From Eledone cirrhosa (lineage: Eukaryota), in the NCBI GenBank assembly GCA_964016885.1, contig OZ024740.1, positions 138,136,001 through 138,200,000 on the forward strand: a DNA stretch of 64,000 nt, given 5' to 3'. Below, piece after piece: positions 29,900 to 44,800 of the stretch. Position 1 is the first letter of the stretch. Each line of letters begins with the position of its first letter. Under the pieces are notes generated by a model. That model had not been told where the DNA came from and searched no databases. It worked only from the letters and a program-made list of their open reading frames with translations. A program made the translations under genes and the position numbers.

Positions 29900-32800
29900 A
29901 TTCTCTCTTTCTCTTATCACTTTTCTCTCAATCTCCAATTCTCTCTTTCTCTTATCACTTTTCTCTCAATCTCCAATTCTCTCTTTCTCTTATCACTTTT
30001 CTCTCAATCTCCAATTCTCTCTTTCTCTTATCACTTTTCTTTCAATCTCCAATTCTCTCTTTCTCTTATCACTTTTCTCTCAATCTCCAATTCTCTCTTT
30101 CTCTTATCACTTTTCTCTCAATCACTAATTCTCTCTTTCTCTTATCACTTTTCTCTCAATCTCCAATTATCTCTTTCTCTTATCACTTTTCTCTCAATCT
30201 CCAATTCTCTCTTTCTCTTATCACTTTTCTCTCAATATCCAATTCTCTCTTTCTCTTATCACTTTTCTCTCAATCTCCAATCCTCTCTTTCTCTTATCAC
30301 TTTTCTCTCAATCTCCAATTCTCTCTTTCTCTTATCACTTTTCTCCCAATCTCCAATTCTCTCTGTTTCTTATCACTTTTCTCTCAATCTCCAATTCTCT
30401 CTTTCTCTTATCACTTTTCTCTCAATCTCCAATTCTCTCTTTCTCTTATCACTTTTCTCTCAATCTCCAATTCTCTCTTTCTCTTATCACTTTTCTCTCA
30501 ATCTCCAATTCTCTCTTTCTCTTATCACTTTTCCCTCAATCTCCAATTCTCTCTTTCTCTTATCACTTTTCTCTCAATCTCCAATTCTCTCTTTCTCTCA
30601 TGACTTTTCTCTCAATCACCAATTCTCTCTGTCTCTGATCACTTTTCTCTCAATCTCCAATTCTCTCTTTCTCTTATCACTTTTCTCTCAATATCCAATT
30701 CTCTCTTTCTCTTATCACTTTTCTCTCAATCTCCAATCCTCTCTTTCTCTTATCACTTTTCTCTCAATGTCCAATTCTCTCTGTTTCTTATCACTTTTCT
30801 CTCAATCTCCAATTCTCTCTTTCTCTTATCACTTTTCTCTCAATCTCCAATTCTCTTTTTCTCTTATCACTTTTCTCTCAATCTCCAATTCTCTCTTTCT
30901 CTTATCACTTTTCTCTCAATCTCCAATTCTCTCTTTCTCTTATCACTTTTCTCTCAATCTCCAATTCTCACTTTCTCTTTTCACTTTTCTCTCAATCTCC
31001 AATTCTCTCTTTTTCTTATCACTTTTCTCTCAATCTCTAATTCTCTCTGTTTCTTATCACTTTTCCCCCAATCTCCAATTCTCTCTTTCTCTTATCACTT
31101 TTCACCCAATTTCCAATTCTCTCTGTTTCTTATCACTTTTCTCTCAATCTCCAATTCTCTCTTTCTCTTATCACTTTTCTCTCAATATCCAATTCTCTCT
31201 CTCTCTTATCACTTTTCTCTCAATCTCCAATTCTCTCTTTCTCTTATCACTTTTCTCCCAATCTCCAATTCTCTCTGTTTCTTATCACTTTTCTCTCAAT
31301 CTCCAATTCTCTCTTTCTCTTATCACTTTTCTCTCAATCTCCAATTCTCTCTTTCTCTTATCACTTTTCTCTCAATCTCCAATTCTCTCTCTCTCTTATC
31401 ACTTTCTCTCTCAATGTCCAATTCTCTCTGTTTCTTATCACTTTTCTCTCAATCTCCAATTCTCTTTTTCTCTTATCACTTTTCTCTTAATCTCCAATTC
31501 TCTCTTTCTCTTATCACTTTTCTCTCAATCTCATATTCTCTCTTTCTCTTATTACTTTTCTCTCAATCTCCAATTCTCTCTTTCTCATATCACTTTTCTC
31601 TCAATCCCCGATTTTCTCTTTCTCTTATCACATTTCTCTCAATCACCACTTCTCCCTTTCTTTTATCACTTTTCTCTCAACCTCCCATTCTCTCTTTCTC
31701 TTATGACTTTTCTCTCAATCACCAATTCTCTCTGTCTCTTATCACTTTTCTCTCAATCACCAATTCTCTCTGTTTCTTATCACTTTCCTCTCAATCTCCA
31801 ATTCTCTCTTTCTCTTATCACTTTTCTCTCAATCTCCAATTCTCTCTTTCTCTTATCACTTTTCCCTCAATCTCCAATTCTCTCTTTCTCTTATCACTTT
31901 TCTCTCAATCTCCAATTCTCTCTTTCTCTTATGACTTTTCTCTCAATCACCAATTCTCTCTGTCTCTGATCACTTTTCACTCAATCTCCAATTCTCTCTT
32001 TCTCTTATCACTTTTCTCTCAATCTCCAATTCTCTCTTACTCTTATCACTTTTCTCTCAATCTCCAATTCTCTCTTTCTCTCATCACTTTTCTCTCAATC
32101 TCCAATTCTCTTTTTCTCTTATCACTTTTCTCTCAATCTCCAATTCTCTCTTTCTCTTATCACTTTTCTCTCAATCTCCAATTCTCTCTTTCTCTCATCA
32201 CTTTTCTCTCAATCTCCAATTCTCTTTTTCTCTTATCACTTTTCTCTCAATCTCCAATTCTCTCTTTCTCTTATCACTTTTCTCTCAATCTCCAATTCTC
32301 TCTTTCTCTCATCACTTTTCTCTCAATCTCCAATTCTCTTTTTCTCTTATCACTTTTCTCTCAATCTCCAATTCTCTCTTTTTCTTATCACTTTTCTCTC
32401 AATCTCTAATTCTCTCTGTTTCTTATCACTTTTCTCTCAATCTCCATTTCTCTCTTTCTCTTATCACTTTTCTCTCAATATCCAATTCTCTCTCTCTCTT
32501 ATCACTTTTCTCTCAATCTCCAATTCTCTCTTTCTCTTATCACTTTTCTCCCAATCTCCAATTCTCTCTGTTTCTTATCACTTTTCTCTCAATCTCCAAT
32601 TCTCTCTTTCTCTTATCACTTTTCTCTCAATCTCCAATTCTCTCTTTCTCTTATCACTTTTCTCTCAATCTCCAATTCTCTCTCTCTCTTATCACTTTCT
32701 CTCTCAATCTCCAATTCTCTCTTTTTCCTATCACTTTTCCCTCAATCTCCAATTCTCTCTTTCTCTTATCACTTTTCCCCCAATCTCCAATTCTCTCTTT

Positions 32801-35800
32801 CTCTTATCACTTTTCTCTCAATCTCCAATTCTCTCTTTCTCTTATCACTTTTCTCCCAATCTCCAATTCTCTCTGTTTCTTATCACTTTTCTCTCAATCC
32901 CCAATTCTCTCTTTCTCTTATCACTTTTCTCTCAATATCCAATTCTCTCTTTCTCTTATCACTTTTCTCTCAATCTCCAATTCTCTCTTTCTCTTATCAC
33001 TTTTCTCCCAATCTCCAATTCTCTCTGTTTCTTATCACTTTTCTCTCAATCTCCAATTCTCTCTCTCTCTTATGACTTTCTCTCTCAATCTCCAATTCTC
33101 TCTTTTTCTTATCACTTTTCCCTCAATCTCCAATTCTCTCTTTCTCTTATCACTTTTCTCTCAATCTCCAATTCTCTCATTCTCTTATCACTTTTCTCTC
33201 AATCTCCAATTCTCTCTTTCTCTTATCACTTTTCTCTCAATCTCCAATTCTCTTTTTCTCTTATCACTTTTCTCTCAATCTCCAATTCTCTCTTTCTCTT
33301 ATCACTTTTCTCTCAATCTCCAATTCTCTCTTTCTCTTATCACTTTTCTCTCAATCTCCAATTCTCACTTTCTCTTTTCACTTTTCTCTCAATCTCCAAT
33401 TCTCTCTTTTTCTTATCACTTTTCTCTCAATCTCTAATTCTCTCTGTTTCTTATCACTTTTCCCCCAATCTCCAATTCTCTCTTTCTCTTATCACTTTTC
33501 TCCCAATTTCCAATTCTCTCTGTTTCTTATCACTTTTCTCTCAATCTCCAATTCTCTCTTTCTCTCATCACTTTTCTCTCAATCTCCAATTCTCTCTTTG
33601 TCTTATCACTTTTCTCTCAATCTCCAATTCTCGCTTTCTCTTATCACTTTTCTCTCAATCTCCAATTCTCTCTTTCTCTTATCACTTTTCTTTCAATCTC
33701 CAATTCTCTCTTTCTCTTATCACTTTTCTCTCAATCTCCAATTCTCTCTTTCTCTTATCACTTTTCTCTCAATCTCTAATTCTCTCTTTCTCTTATCACT
33801 TTTCTCTCAATCTCCAATTCTCTCTTTCTCTTATCACTTTTCTCTCAATCTCCAATTCTCTCTTTCTCTTATCACTTTTCTCTCAATCTCCAATTCTCTC
33901 TTTCTCTTATCACTTTTCTCTCAATCTCCAATCCTCTCTTTCTCTTATCACTTTTCTCTCAATGTCCAATTCTCTCTGTTTCTTATCACTTTTCTCTCAA
34001 TCTCCAATTCTCTCTTACTCTTATCACTTTTCTCTCAATCTCCAATTCTCTCTTTCTCTCATCACTTTTCTCTCAATCTCCAATTCTCTCTTTCTCTTAT
34101 CACTTTTATCTCAATCTCCAATTCTCTCTTTCTCTTATCACTTTTCTCTCAATCTCCAATTCTCTCTTTCTCTTATCACTTTTCTCTCAATCTCCAATTC
34201 TCTCTTTCTCTTATCACTTTTCTCTCAATCTCCAATTCTCTCTTTCTCTTATCACTTTTCTTTCAATCTCCAATTCTCTCTTTCTCTTATCACTTTTCTC
34301 TCAATCTCCAATTTTCTCATTCTCTTATCACTTTTCTCTCAATCTCCAATTCTCTCTTTCTCTTATCACTTTTCTCTCAATCTCCAATTCTCTCTTTCTC
34401 TTATCACTTTTCTTTCAATCTCCAATTCTCTCTTTCTCTTATCACTTTTCTCTCAATCTCCAATTCTCTCTTTCTCTTATCACTTTTCTCTCAATCACTA
34501 ATTCTCTCTTTCTCTTATCACTTTTCTCTCAATCTCCAATTCTCTCTTTCTCTTATCACTTTTCTCTCAATCTCCAATTCTCTCTTTCTCTTATCACTTT
34601 TCTCTCAATCTCCAATTTTCTCTTTCTCTTATCACTTTTCTCTCAATCTCCAATTCTCTCTTTCTCTTATCACTTTTCTCTCAATCTCCAATTCTCCCTT
34701 TCTCTTATCACTTTTCTCTCAATCTCCAATTCTCTCTTTTTCTTATCACTTTTCTCTCAATGTCTAATTCTCTCTGTTTCTTATCACTTTTCTCTCAATC
34801 TCATATTCTCTCTTTCTCTTATTACTTTTCTCTCAATCTCCAATTCTCTCTTTCTCATATCACTTTTCTCTCAATCCCCGATTTTCTCTTTCTCTTATCA
34901 CATTTCTCTCAATCTCCACTTCTCCCTTTCTTTTATCACTTTTCTCTCAACCTCCAATTCTCTCTTTCTCTTATCACTTTTCTCTCAATCACCAATTCTC
35001 TCTGTCTCTTATCACTTTTCTCTCAATCACCAATTCTCTCTGTTTCTTATCACTTTTCTCTCAATCTCCAATTCTCTCTTTCTCTTATCACTTTTCTCTC
35101 AATCTCCAATTCTCTCTTTCTCTTATCACTTTTCCCTCAATCTCCAATTCTCTCTTTCTCTTATCACTTTTCTCTCAATCTCCAATTCTCTCTTTCTCTT
35201 ATGACTTTTCTCTCAATCACCAATTCTCTCTGTCTCTGATCACTTTTCACTCAATCTCCAATTCTCTCTTTCTCTTATCACTTTTCTCTCAATCTCCAAT
35301 TCTCTCTTTCTCTTATCACTTTTCTCTCAACATCCAATTCTCTCTTTCTCTTATCACTTTTCTCTCAATCACCAATTCTCTCTGTCTCTTATCACTTTTC
35401 TCTCAATCACCAATTCTCTCTGTTTCTTATCACTTTTCTCTCAATCTCCAATTCTCTCTTTCTCTTATCACTTTTCTCTCAATCTCCAATTCTCTCTTTC
35501 TCTTATCACTTTTCCCTCAATCTCCAATTCTCTCTTTCTCTTATCACTTTTCTCTCAATCTCCAATTCTCTCTTTCTCTTATCACTTTTCTCTCAATCTC
35601 CAATTCTCTCTTTCTCTTATCACTTTTCTCTCAATCTCCAATTCTCTCTTTCTCTTATCACTTTTCTCTCAATCTCCAATTCTCTCTTTCTCTTATCACT
35701 TTTCTCTCAATCTCCAATTCTCTCTTTCTCTTATCACTTTTCTTTCAATCTCCAATTCTCTCTTTCTCTTATCACTTTTCTCTCAATCTCCAATTCTCTC

Positions 35801-38800
35801 TTTCTCTTATCACTTTTCTCTCAATCACTAATTCTCTCTTTCTCTTATCACTTTTCTCTCAATCTCCAATTATCTCTTTCTCTTATCACTTTTCTCTCAA
35901 TCTCCAATTCTCTCTTTCTCTTATCACTTTTCTCTCAATATCCAATTCTCTCTTTCTCTTATCACTTTTCTCTCAATCTCCAATCCTCTCTTTCTCTTAT
36001 CACTTTTCTCTCAATCTCCAATTCTCTCTTTCTCTTATCACTTTTCTCCCAATCTCCAATTCTCTCTGTTTCTTATCACTTTTCTCTCAATCTCCAATTC
36101 TCTCTTTCTCTTATCACTTTTCTCTCAATCTCCAATTCTCTCTTTCTCTTATCACTTTTCTCTCAATCTCCAATTCTCTCTTTCTCTTATCACTTTTCTC
36201 TCAATCTCCAATTCTCTCTTTCTCTTATCACTTTTCCCTCAATCTCCAATTCTCTCTTTCTCTTATCACTTTTCTCTCAATCTCCAATTCTCTCTTTCTC
36301 TTATCACTTTTCTCTCAATCACCAATTCTCTCTGTCTCTGATCACTTTTCTCTCAATCTCCAATTCTCTCTTTCTCTTATCACTTTTCTCTCAATCTCCA
36401 ATCCTCTCTTTCTCTTATCACTTTTCTCTCAATCTCCAATTCTCTCTTTCTCTTATCACTTTTCTCCCAATCTCCAATTCTCTCTGTTTCTTATCACTTT
36501 TCTCTCAATCTCCAATTCTCTCTTTCTCTTATCACTTTTCTCTCAATCTCCAATTCTCTCTTTCTCTTATCACTTTTCTCTCAATCTCCAATTCTCTCTT
36601 TCTCTTATCACTTTTCTCTCAATCTCCAATTGCTCTTTCTCTTATCACTTTTCCCTCAATCTCCAATTCTCTCTTTCTCTTATCACTTTTCTCTCAATCT
36701 CCAATTCTCTCTTTCTCTTATGACTTTTCTCTCAATCACCAATTCTCTCTGTCTCTGATCACTTTTCTCTCAATCTCCAATTCTCTCTTTCTCTTATCAC
36801 TTTTCTCTCAATATCCAATTCTCTCTTTCTCTTATCACTTTTCTCTCAATCTCCAATCCTCTCTTTCTCTTATCACTTTTCTCTCAATGTCCAATTCTCT
36901 CTGTTTCTTATCACTTTTCTCTCAATCTCCAATTCTCTCTTTCTCTTATCACTTTTCTCTCAATCTCCAATTCTCTTTTTCTCTTATCACTTTTCTCTCA
37001 ATCTCCAATTCTCTCTTTCTCTTATCACTTTTCTCTCAATCTCCAATTCTCTCTTTCTCTTATCACTTTTCTCTCAATCTCCAATTCTCACTTTCTCTTT
37101 TCACTTTTCTCTCAATCTCCAATTCTCTCTTTTTCTTATCACTTTTCTCTCAATCTCTAATTCTCTCTGTTTCTTATCACTTTTCCCCCAATCTCCAATT
37201 CTCTCTTTCTCTTATCACTTTTCTCCCAATTTCCAATTCTCTCTGTTTCTTATCACTTTTCTCTCAATCTCCAATTCTCTCTTTCTCTTATCACTTTTCT
37301 CTCAATATCCAATTCTCTCTCTCTCTTATCACTTTTCTCTCAATCTCCAATTCTCTCTTTCTCTTATCACTTTTCTCCCAATCTCCAATTCTCTCTGTTT
37401 CTTATCACTTTTCTCTCAATCTCCAATTCTCTCTTTCTCTTATCACTTTTCTCTCAATCTCCAATTCTCTCTTTCTCTTATCACTTTTCTCTCAATCTCC
37501 AATTCTCTCTCTCTCTTATCACTTTCTCTCTCAATGTCCAATTCTCTCTGTTTCTTATCACTTTTCTCTCAATCTCCAATTCTCTTTTTCTCTTATCACT
37601 TTTCTCTTAATCTCCAATTCTCTCTTTCTCTTATCACTTTTCTCTCAATCTCATATTCTCTCTTTCTCTTATTACTTTTCTCTCAATCTCCAATTCTCTC
37701 TTTCTCATATCACTTTTCTCTCAATCCCCGATTTTCTCTTTCTCTTATCACATTTCTCTCAATCACCACTTCTCCCTTTCTTTTATCACTTTTCTCTCAA
37801 CCTCCCATTCTCTCTTTCTCTTATGACTTTTCTCTCAATCACCAATTCTCTCTGTCTCTTATCACTTTTCTCTCAATCACCAATTCTCTCTGTTTCTTAT
37901 CACTTTCCTCTCAATCTCCAATTCTCTCTTTCTCTTATCACTTTTCTCTCAATCTCCAATTCTCTCTTTCTCTTATCACTTTTCCCTCAATCTCCAATTC
38001 TCTCTTTCTCTTATCACTTTTCTCTCAATCTCCAATTCTCTCTTTCTCTTATGACTTTTCTCTCAATCACCAATTCTCTCTGTCTCTGATCACTTTTCAC
38101 TCAATCTCCAATTCTCTCTTTCTCTTATCACTTTTCTCTCAATCTCCAATTCTCTCTTACTCTTATCACTTTTCTCTCAATCTCCAATTCTCTCTTTCTC
38201 TCATCACTTTTCTCTCAATCTCCAATTCTCTTTTTCTCTTATCACTTTTCTCTCAATCTCCAATTCTCTCTTTCTCTTATCACTTTTCTCTCAATCTCCA
38301 ATTCTCTCTTTCTCTCATCACTTTTCTCTCAATCTCCAATTCTCTTTTTCTCTTATCACTTTTCTCTCAATCTCCAATTCTCTCTTTCTCTTATCACTTT
38401 TCTCTCAATCTCCAATTCTCTCTTTCTCTCATCACTTTTCTCTCAATCTCCAATTCTCTTTTTCTCTTATCACTTTTCTCTCAATCTCCAATTCTCTCTT
38501 TTTCTTATCACTTTTCTCTCAATCTCTAATTCTCTCTGTTTCTTATCACTTTTCTCTCAATCTCCATTTCTCTCTTTCTCTTATCACTTTTCTCTCAATA
38601 TCCAATTCTCTCTCTCTCTTATCACTTTTCTCTCAATCTCCAATTCTCTCTTTCTCTTATCACTTTTCTCCCAATCTCCAATTCTCTCTGTTTCTTATCA
38701 CTTTTCTCTCAATCTCCAATTCTCTCTTTCTCTTATCACTTTTCTCTCAATCTCCAATTCTCTCTTTCTCTTATCACTTTTCTCTCAATCTCCAATTCTC

Positions 38801-41800
38801 TCTCTCTCTTATCACTTTCTCTCTCAATCTCCAATTCTCTCTTTTTCCTATCACTTTTCCCTCAATCTCCAATTCTCTCTTTCTCTTATCACTTTTCCCC
38901 CAATCTCCAATTCTCTCTTTCTCTTATCACTTTTCTCTCAATCTCCAATTCTCTCTTTCTCTTATCACTTTTCTCCCAATCTCCAATTCTCTCTGTTTCT
39001 TATCACTTTTCTCTCAATCCCCAATTCTCTCTTTCTCTTATCACTTTTCTCTCAATATCCAATTCTCTCTTTCTCTTATCACTTTTCTCTCAATCTCCAA
39101 TTCTCTCTTTCTCTTATCACTTTTCTCCCAATCTCCAATTCTCTCTGTTTCTTATCACTTTTCTCTCAATCTCCAATTCTCTCTCTCTCTTATGACTTTC
39201 TCTCTCAATCTCCAATTCTCTCTTTTCTTATCACTTTTCCCTCAATCTCCAATTCTCTCTTTCTCTTATCACTTTTCTCTCAATCTCCAATTCTCTCATT
39301 CTCTTATCACTTTTCTCTCAATCTCCAATTCTCTCTTTCTCTTATCACTTTTCTCTCAATCTCCAATTCTCTTTTTCTCTTATCACTTTTCTCTCAATCT
39401 CCAATTCTCTCTTTCTCTTATCACTTTTCTCTCAATCTCCAATTCTCTCTTTCTCTTATCACTTTTCTCTCAATCTCCAATTCTCACTTTCTCTTTTCAC
39501 TTTTCTCTCAATCTCCAATTCTCTCTTTTTCTTATCACTTTTCTCTCAATCTCTAATTCTCTCTGTTTCTTATCACTTTTCCCCCAATCTCCAATTCTCT
39601 CTTTCTCTTATCACTTTTCTCCCAATTTCCAATTCTCTCTGTTTCTTATCACTTTTCTCTCAATCTCCAATTCTCTCTTTCTCTCATCACTTTTCTCTCA
39701 ATCTCCAATTCTCTCTTTGTCTTATCACTTTTCTCTCAATCTCCAATTCTCGCTTTCTCTTATCACTTTTCTCTCAATCTCCAATTCTCTCTTTCTCTTA
39801 TCACTTTTCTTTCAATCTCCAATTCTCTCTTTCTCTTATCACTTTTCTCTCAATCTCCAATTCTCTCTTTCTCTTATCACTTTTCTCTCAATCTCTAATT
39901 CTCTCTTTCTCTTATCACTTTTCTCTCAATCTCCAATTCTCTCTTTCTCTTATCACTTTTCTCTCAATCTCCAATTCTCTCTTTCTCTTATCACTTTTCT
40001 CTCAATCTCCAATTCTCTCTTTCTCTTATCACTTTTCTCTCAATCTCCAATCCTCTCTTTCTCTTATCACTTTTCTCTCAATGTCCAATTCTCTCTGTTT
40101 CTTATCACTTTTCTCTCAATCTCCAATTCTCTCTTACTCTTATCACTTTTCTCTCAATCTCCAATTCTCTCTTTCTCTCATCACTTTTCTCTCAATCTCC
40201 AATTCTCTCTTTCTCTTATCACTTTTATCTCAATCTCCAATTCTCTCTTTCTCTTATCACTTTTCTCTCAATCTCCAATTCTCTCTTTCTCTTATCACTT
40301 TTCTCTCAATCTCCAATTCTCTCTTTCTCTTATCACTTTTCTCTCAATCTCCAATTCTCTCTTTCTCTTATCACTTTTCTCTCAATCTCCAATTCTCTCT
40401 TTCTCTTATCACTTTTCTTTCAATCTCCAATTCTCTCTTTCTCTTATCACTTTTCTCTCAATCTCCAATTCTCTCATTCTCTTATCACTTTTCTCTCAAT
40501 CTCCAATTCTCTCTTTCTCTTATCACTTTTCTCTCAATCTCCAATTCTCTCTTTCTCTTATCACTTTTCTTTCAATCTCCAATTCTCTCTTTCTCTTATC
40601 ACTTTTCTCTCAATCTCCAATTCTCTCTTTCTCTTATCACTTTTCTCTCAATCACTAATTCTCTCTTTCTCTTATCACTTTTCTCTCAATCTCCAATTCT
40701 CTCTTTCTCTTATCACTTTTCTCTCAATCTCCAATTCTCTCTTTCTCTTATCACTTTTCTCTCAATCTCCAATTTTCTCTTTCTCTTATCACTTTTCTCT
40801 CAATCTCCAATTCTCTCTTTCTCTTATCACTTTTCTCTCAATCTCCAATTCTCCCTTTCTCTTATCACTTTTCTCTCAATCTCCAATTCTCTCTTTTTCT
40901 TATCACTTTTCTCTCAATGTCTAATTCTCTCTGTTTCTTATCACTTTTCTCTCAATCTCATATTCTCTCTTTCTCTTATTACTTTTCTCTCAATCTCCAA
41001 TTCTCTCTTTCTCATATCACTTTTCTCTCAATCCCCGATTTTCTCTTTCTCTTATCACATTTCTCTCAATCTCCACTTCTCCCTTTCTTTTATCACTTTT
41101 CTCTCAACCTCCAATTCTCTCTTTCTCTTATCACTTTTCTCTCAATCACCAATTCTCTCTGTCTCTTATCACTTTTCTCTCAATCACCAATTCTCTCTGT
41201 TTCTTATCACTTTTCTCTCAATCTCCAATTCTCTCTTTCTCTTATCACTTTTCTCTCAATCTCCAATTCTCTCTTTCTCTTATCACTTTTCCCTCAATCT
41301 CCAATTCTCTCTTTCTCTTATCACTTTTCTCTCAATCTCCAATTCTCTCTTTCTCTTATGACTTTTCTCTCAATCACCAATTCTCTCTGTCTCTGATCAC
41401 TTTTCACTCAATCTCCAATTCTCTCTTTCTCTTATCACTTTTCTCTCAATCTCCAATTCTCTCTTTCTCTTATCACTTTTCTCTCAATATCCAATTCTCT
41501 CTTTCTCTTATCACTTTTCTCTCAATCACCAATTCTCTCTGTCTCTTATCACTTTTCTCTCAATCACCAATTCTCTCTGTTTCTTATCACTTTTCTCTCA
41601 ATCTCCAATTCTCTCTTTCTCTTATCACTTTTCTCTCAATCTCCAATTCTCTCTTTCTCTTATCACTTTTCCCTCAATCTCCAATTCTCTCTTTCTCTTA
41701 TCACTTTTCTCTCAATCTCCAATTCTCTCTTTCTCTTATCACTTTTCTCTCAATCTCCAATTCTCTCTTTCTCTTATCACTTTTCTCTCAATCTCCAATT

Positions 41801-44800
41801 CTCTCTTTCTCTTATCACTTTTCTCTCAATCTCCAATTCTCTCTTTCTCTTATCACTTTTCTCTCAATCTCCAATTCTCTCTTTCTCTTATCACTTTTCT
41901 TTCAATCTCCAATTCTCTCTTTCTCTTATCACTTTTCTCTCAATCTCCAATTCTCTCTTTCTCTTATCACTTTTCTCTCAATCACTAATTCTCTCTTTCT
42001 CTTATCACTTTTCTCTCAATCTCCAATTATCTCTTTCTCTTATCACTTTTCTCTCAATCTCCAATTCTCTCTTTCTCTTATCACTTTCCTCTCAATATCC
42101 AATTCTCTCTTTCTCTTATCACTTTTCTCTCAATCTCCAATCCTCTCTTTCTCTTATCACTTTTCTCTCAATCTCCAATTCTCTCTTTCTCTTATCACTT
42201 TTCTCCCAATCTCCAATTCTCTCTGTTTCTTATCACTTTTCTCTCAATCTCCAATTCTCTCTTTCTCTTATCACTTTTCTCTCAATCTCCAATTCTCTCT
42301 TTCTCTTATCACTTTTCTCTCAATCTCCAATTCTCTCTTTCTCTTATCACTTTTCTCTCAATCTCCAATTCTCTCTTTCTCTTATCACTTTTCCCTCAAT
42401 CTCCAATTCTCTCTTTCTCTTATCACTTTTCTCTCAATCTCCAATTCTCTCTTTCTCTTATGACTTTTCTCTCAATCACCAATTCTCTCTGTCTCTGATC
42501 ACTTTTCTCTCAATCTCCAATTCTCTCTTTCTCTTATCACTTTTCTCTCAATATCCAATTCTCTCTTTCTCTTATCACTTTTCTCTCAATCTCCAATCCT
42601 CTCTTTCTCTTATCACTTTTCTCTCAATGTCCAATTCTCTCTGTTTCTTATCACTTTTCTCTCAATCTCCAATTCTCTCTTTCTCTTATCACTTTTCTCT
42701 CAATCTCCAATTCTCTTTTTCTCTTATCACTTTTCTCTCAATCTCCAATTCTCTCTTTCTCTTATCACTTTTCTCTCAATCTCCAATCCTCTCTTTCTCT
42801 TATCACTTTTCTCTCAATCTCCAATTCTCTCTTTCTCTTATCACTTTTCTCCCAATCTCCAATTCTCTCTGTTTCTTATCACTTTTCTCTCAATCTCCAA
42901 TTCTCTCTTTCTCTTATCACTTTTCTCTCAATCTCCAATTCTCTCTTTCTCTTATCACTTTTCTCTCAATCTCCAATTCTCTCTTTCTCTTATCACTTTT
43001 CTCTCAATCTCCAATTCTCTCTTTCTCTTATCACTTTTCCCTCAATCTCCAATTCTCTCTTTCTCTTATCACTTTTCTCTCAATCTCCAATTCTCTCTTT
43101 CTCTTATGACTTTTCTCTCAATCACCAATTCTCTCTGTCTCTGATCACTTTTCTCTCAATCTCCAATTCTCTCTTTCTCTTATCACTTTTCTCTCAATAT
43201 CCAATTCTCTCTTTCTCTTATCACTTTTCTCTCAATCTCCAATCCTCTCTTTCTCTTATCACTTTTCTCTCAATGTCCAATTCTCTCTGTTTCTTATCAC
43301 TTTTCTCTCAATCTCCAATTCTCTCTTTCTCTTATCACTTTTCTCTCAATCTCCAATTCTCTTTTTCTCTTATCACTTTTCTCTCAATCTCCAATTCTCT
43401 CTTTCTCTTATCACTTTTCTCTCAATCTCCAATTCTCTCTTTCTCTTATCACTTTTCTCTCAATCTCCAATTCTCACTTTCTCTTTTCACTTTTCTCTCA
43501 ATCTCCAATTCTCTCTTTTTCTTATCACTTTTCTCTCAATCTCTAATTCTCTCTGTTTCTTATCACTTTTCCCCCAATCTCCAATTCTCTCTTTCTCTTA
43601 TCACTTTTCTCCCAATTTCCAATTCTCTCTGTTTCTTATCACTTTTCTCTCAATCTCCAATTCTCTTTTTCTCTTATCACTTTTCTCTCAATATCCAATT
43701 CTCTCTCTCTCTTATCACTTTTCTCTCAATCTCCAATTCTCTCTTTCTCTTATCACTTTTCTCCCAATCTCCAATTCTCTCTGTTTCTTATCACTTTTCT
43801 CTCAATCTCCAATTCTCTCTTTCTCTTATCACTTTTCTCTCAATCTCCAATTCTCTCTTTCTCTTATCACTTTTCTCTCAATCTCCAATTCTCTCTCTCT
43901 CTTATCACTTTCTCTCTCAATGTCCAATTCTCTCTGTTTCTTATCACTTTTCTCTCAATCTCCAATTCTCTTTTTCTCTTATCACTTTTCTCTTAATCTC
44001 CAATTCTCTCTTTCTCTTATCACTTTTCTCTCAATCTCATATTCTCTCTTTCTCTTATTACTTTTCTCTCAATCTCCAATTCTCTCTTTCTCATATCACT
44101 TTTCTCTCAATCCCCGATTTTCTCTTTCTCTTATCACATTTCTCTCAATCACCACTTCTCCCTTTCTTTTATCACTTTTCTCTCAACCTCCCATTCTCTC
44201 TTTCTCTTATGACTTTTCTCTCAATCACCAATTCTCTCTGTCTCTTATCACTTTTCTCTCAATCACCAATTCTCTCTGTTTCTTATCACTTTCCTCTCAA
44301 TCTCCAATTCTCTCTTTCTCTTATCACTTTTCTCTCAATCTCCAATTCTCTCTTTCTCTTATCACTTTTCCCTCAATCTCCAATTCTCTCTTTCTCTTAT
44401 CACTTTTCTCTCAATCTCCAATTCTCTCTTTCTCTTATGACTTTTCTCTCAATCACCAATTCTCTCTGTCTCTGATCACTTTTCACTCAATCTCCAATTC
44501 TCTCTTTCTCTTATCACTTTTCTCTCAATCTCCAATTCTCTCTTACTCTTATCACTTTTCTCTCAATCTCCAATTCTCTCTTTCTCTCATCACTTTTCTC
44601 TCAATCTCCAATTCTCTTTTTCTCTTATCACTTTTCTCTCAATCTCCAATTCTCTCTTTCTCTTATCACTTTTCTCTCAATCTCCAATTCTCTCTTTCTC
44701 TCATCACTTTTCTCTCAATCTCCAATTCTCTTTTTCTCTTATCACTTTTCTCTCAATCTCCAATTCTCTCTTTCTCTTATCACTTTTCTCTCAATCTCCA

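Noticed and set aside
39221-39230. Single-T deletion in copy 2 of the triplication, and other singleton 1-bp indels (~5860, ~18902, ~22787, ~36631)
   Set aside because: Each occurs once and mostly in short homopolymers, so they cannot be distinguished from consensus-calling errors without reads.
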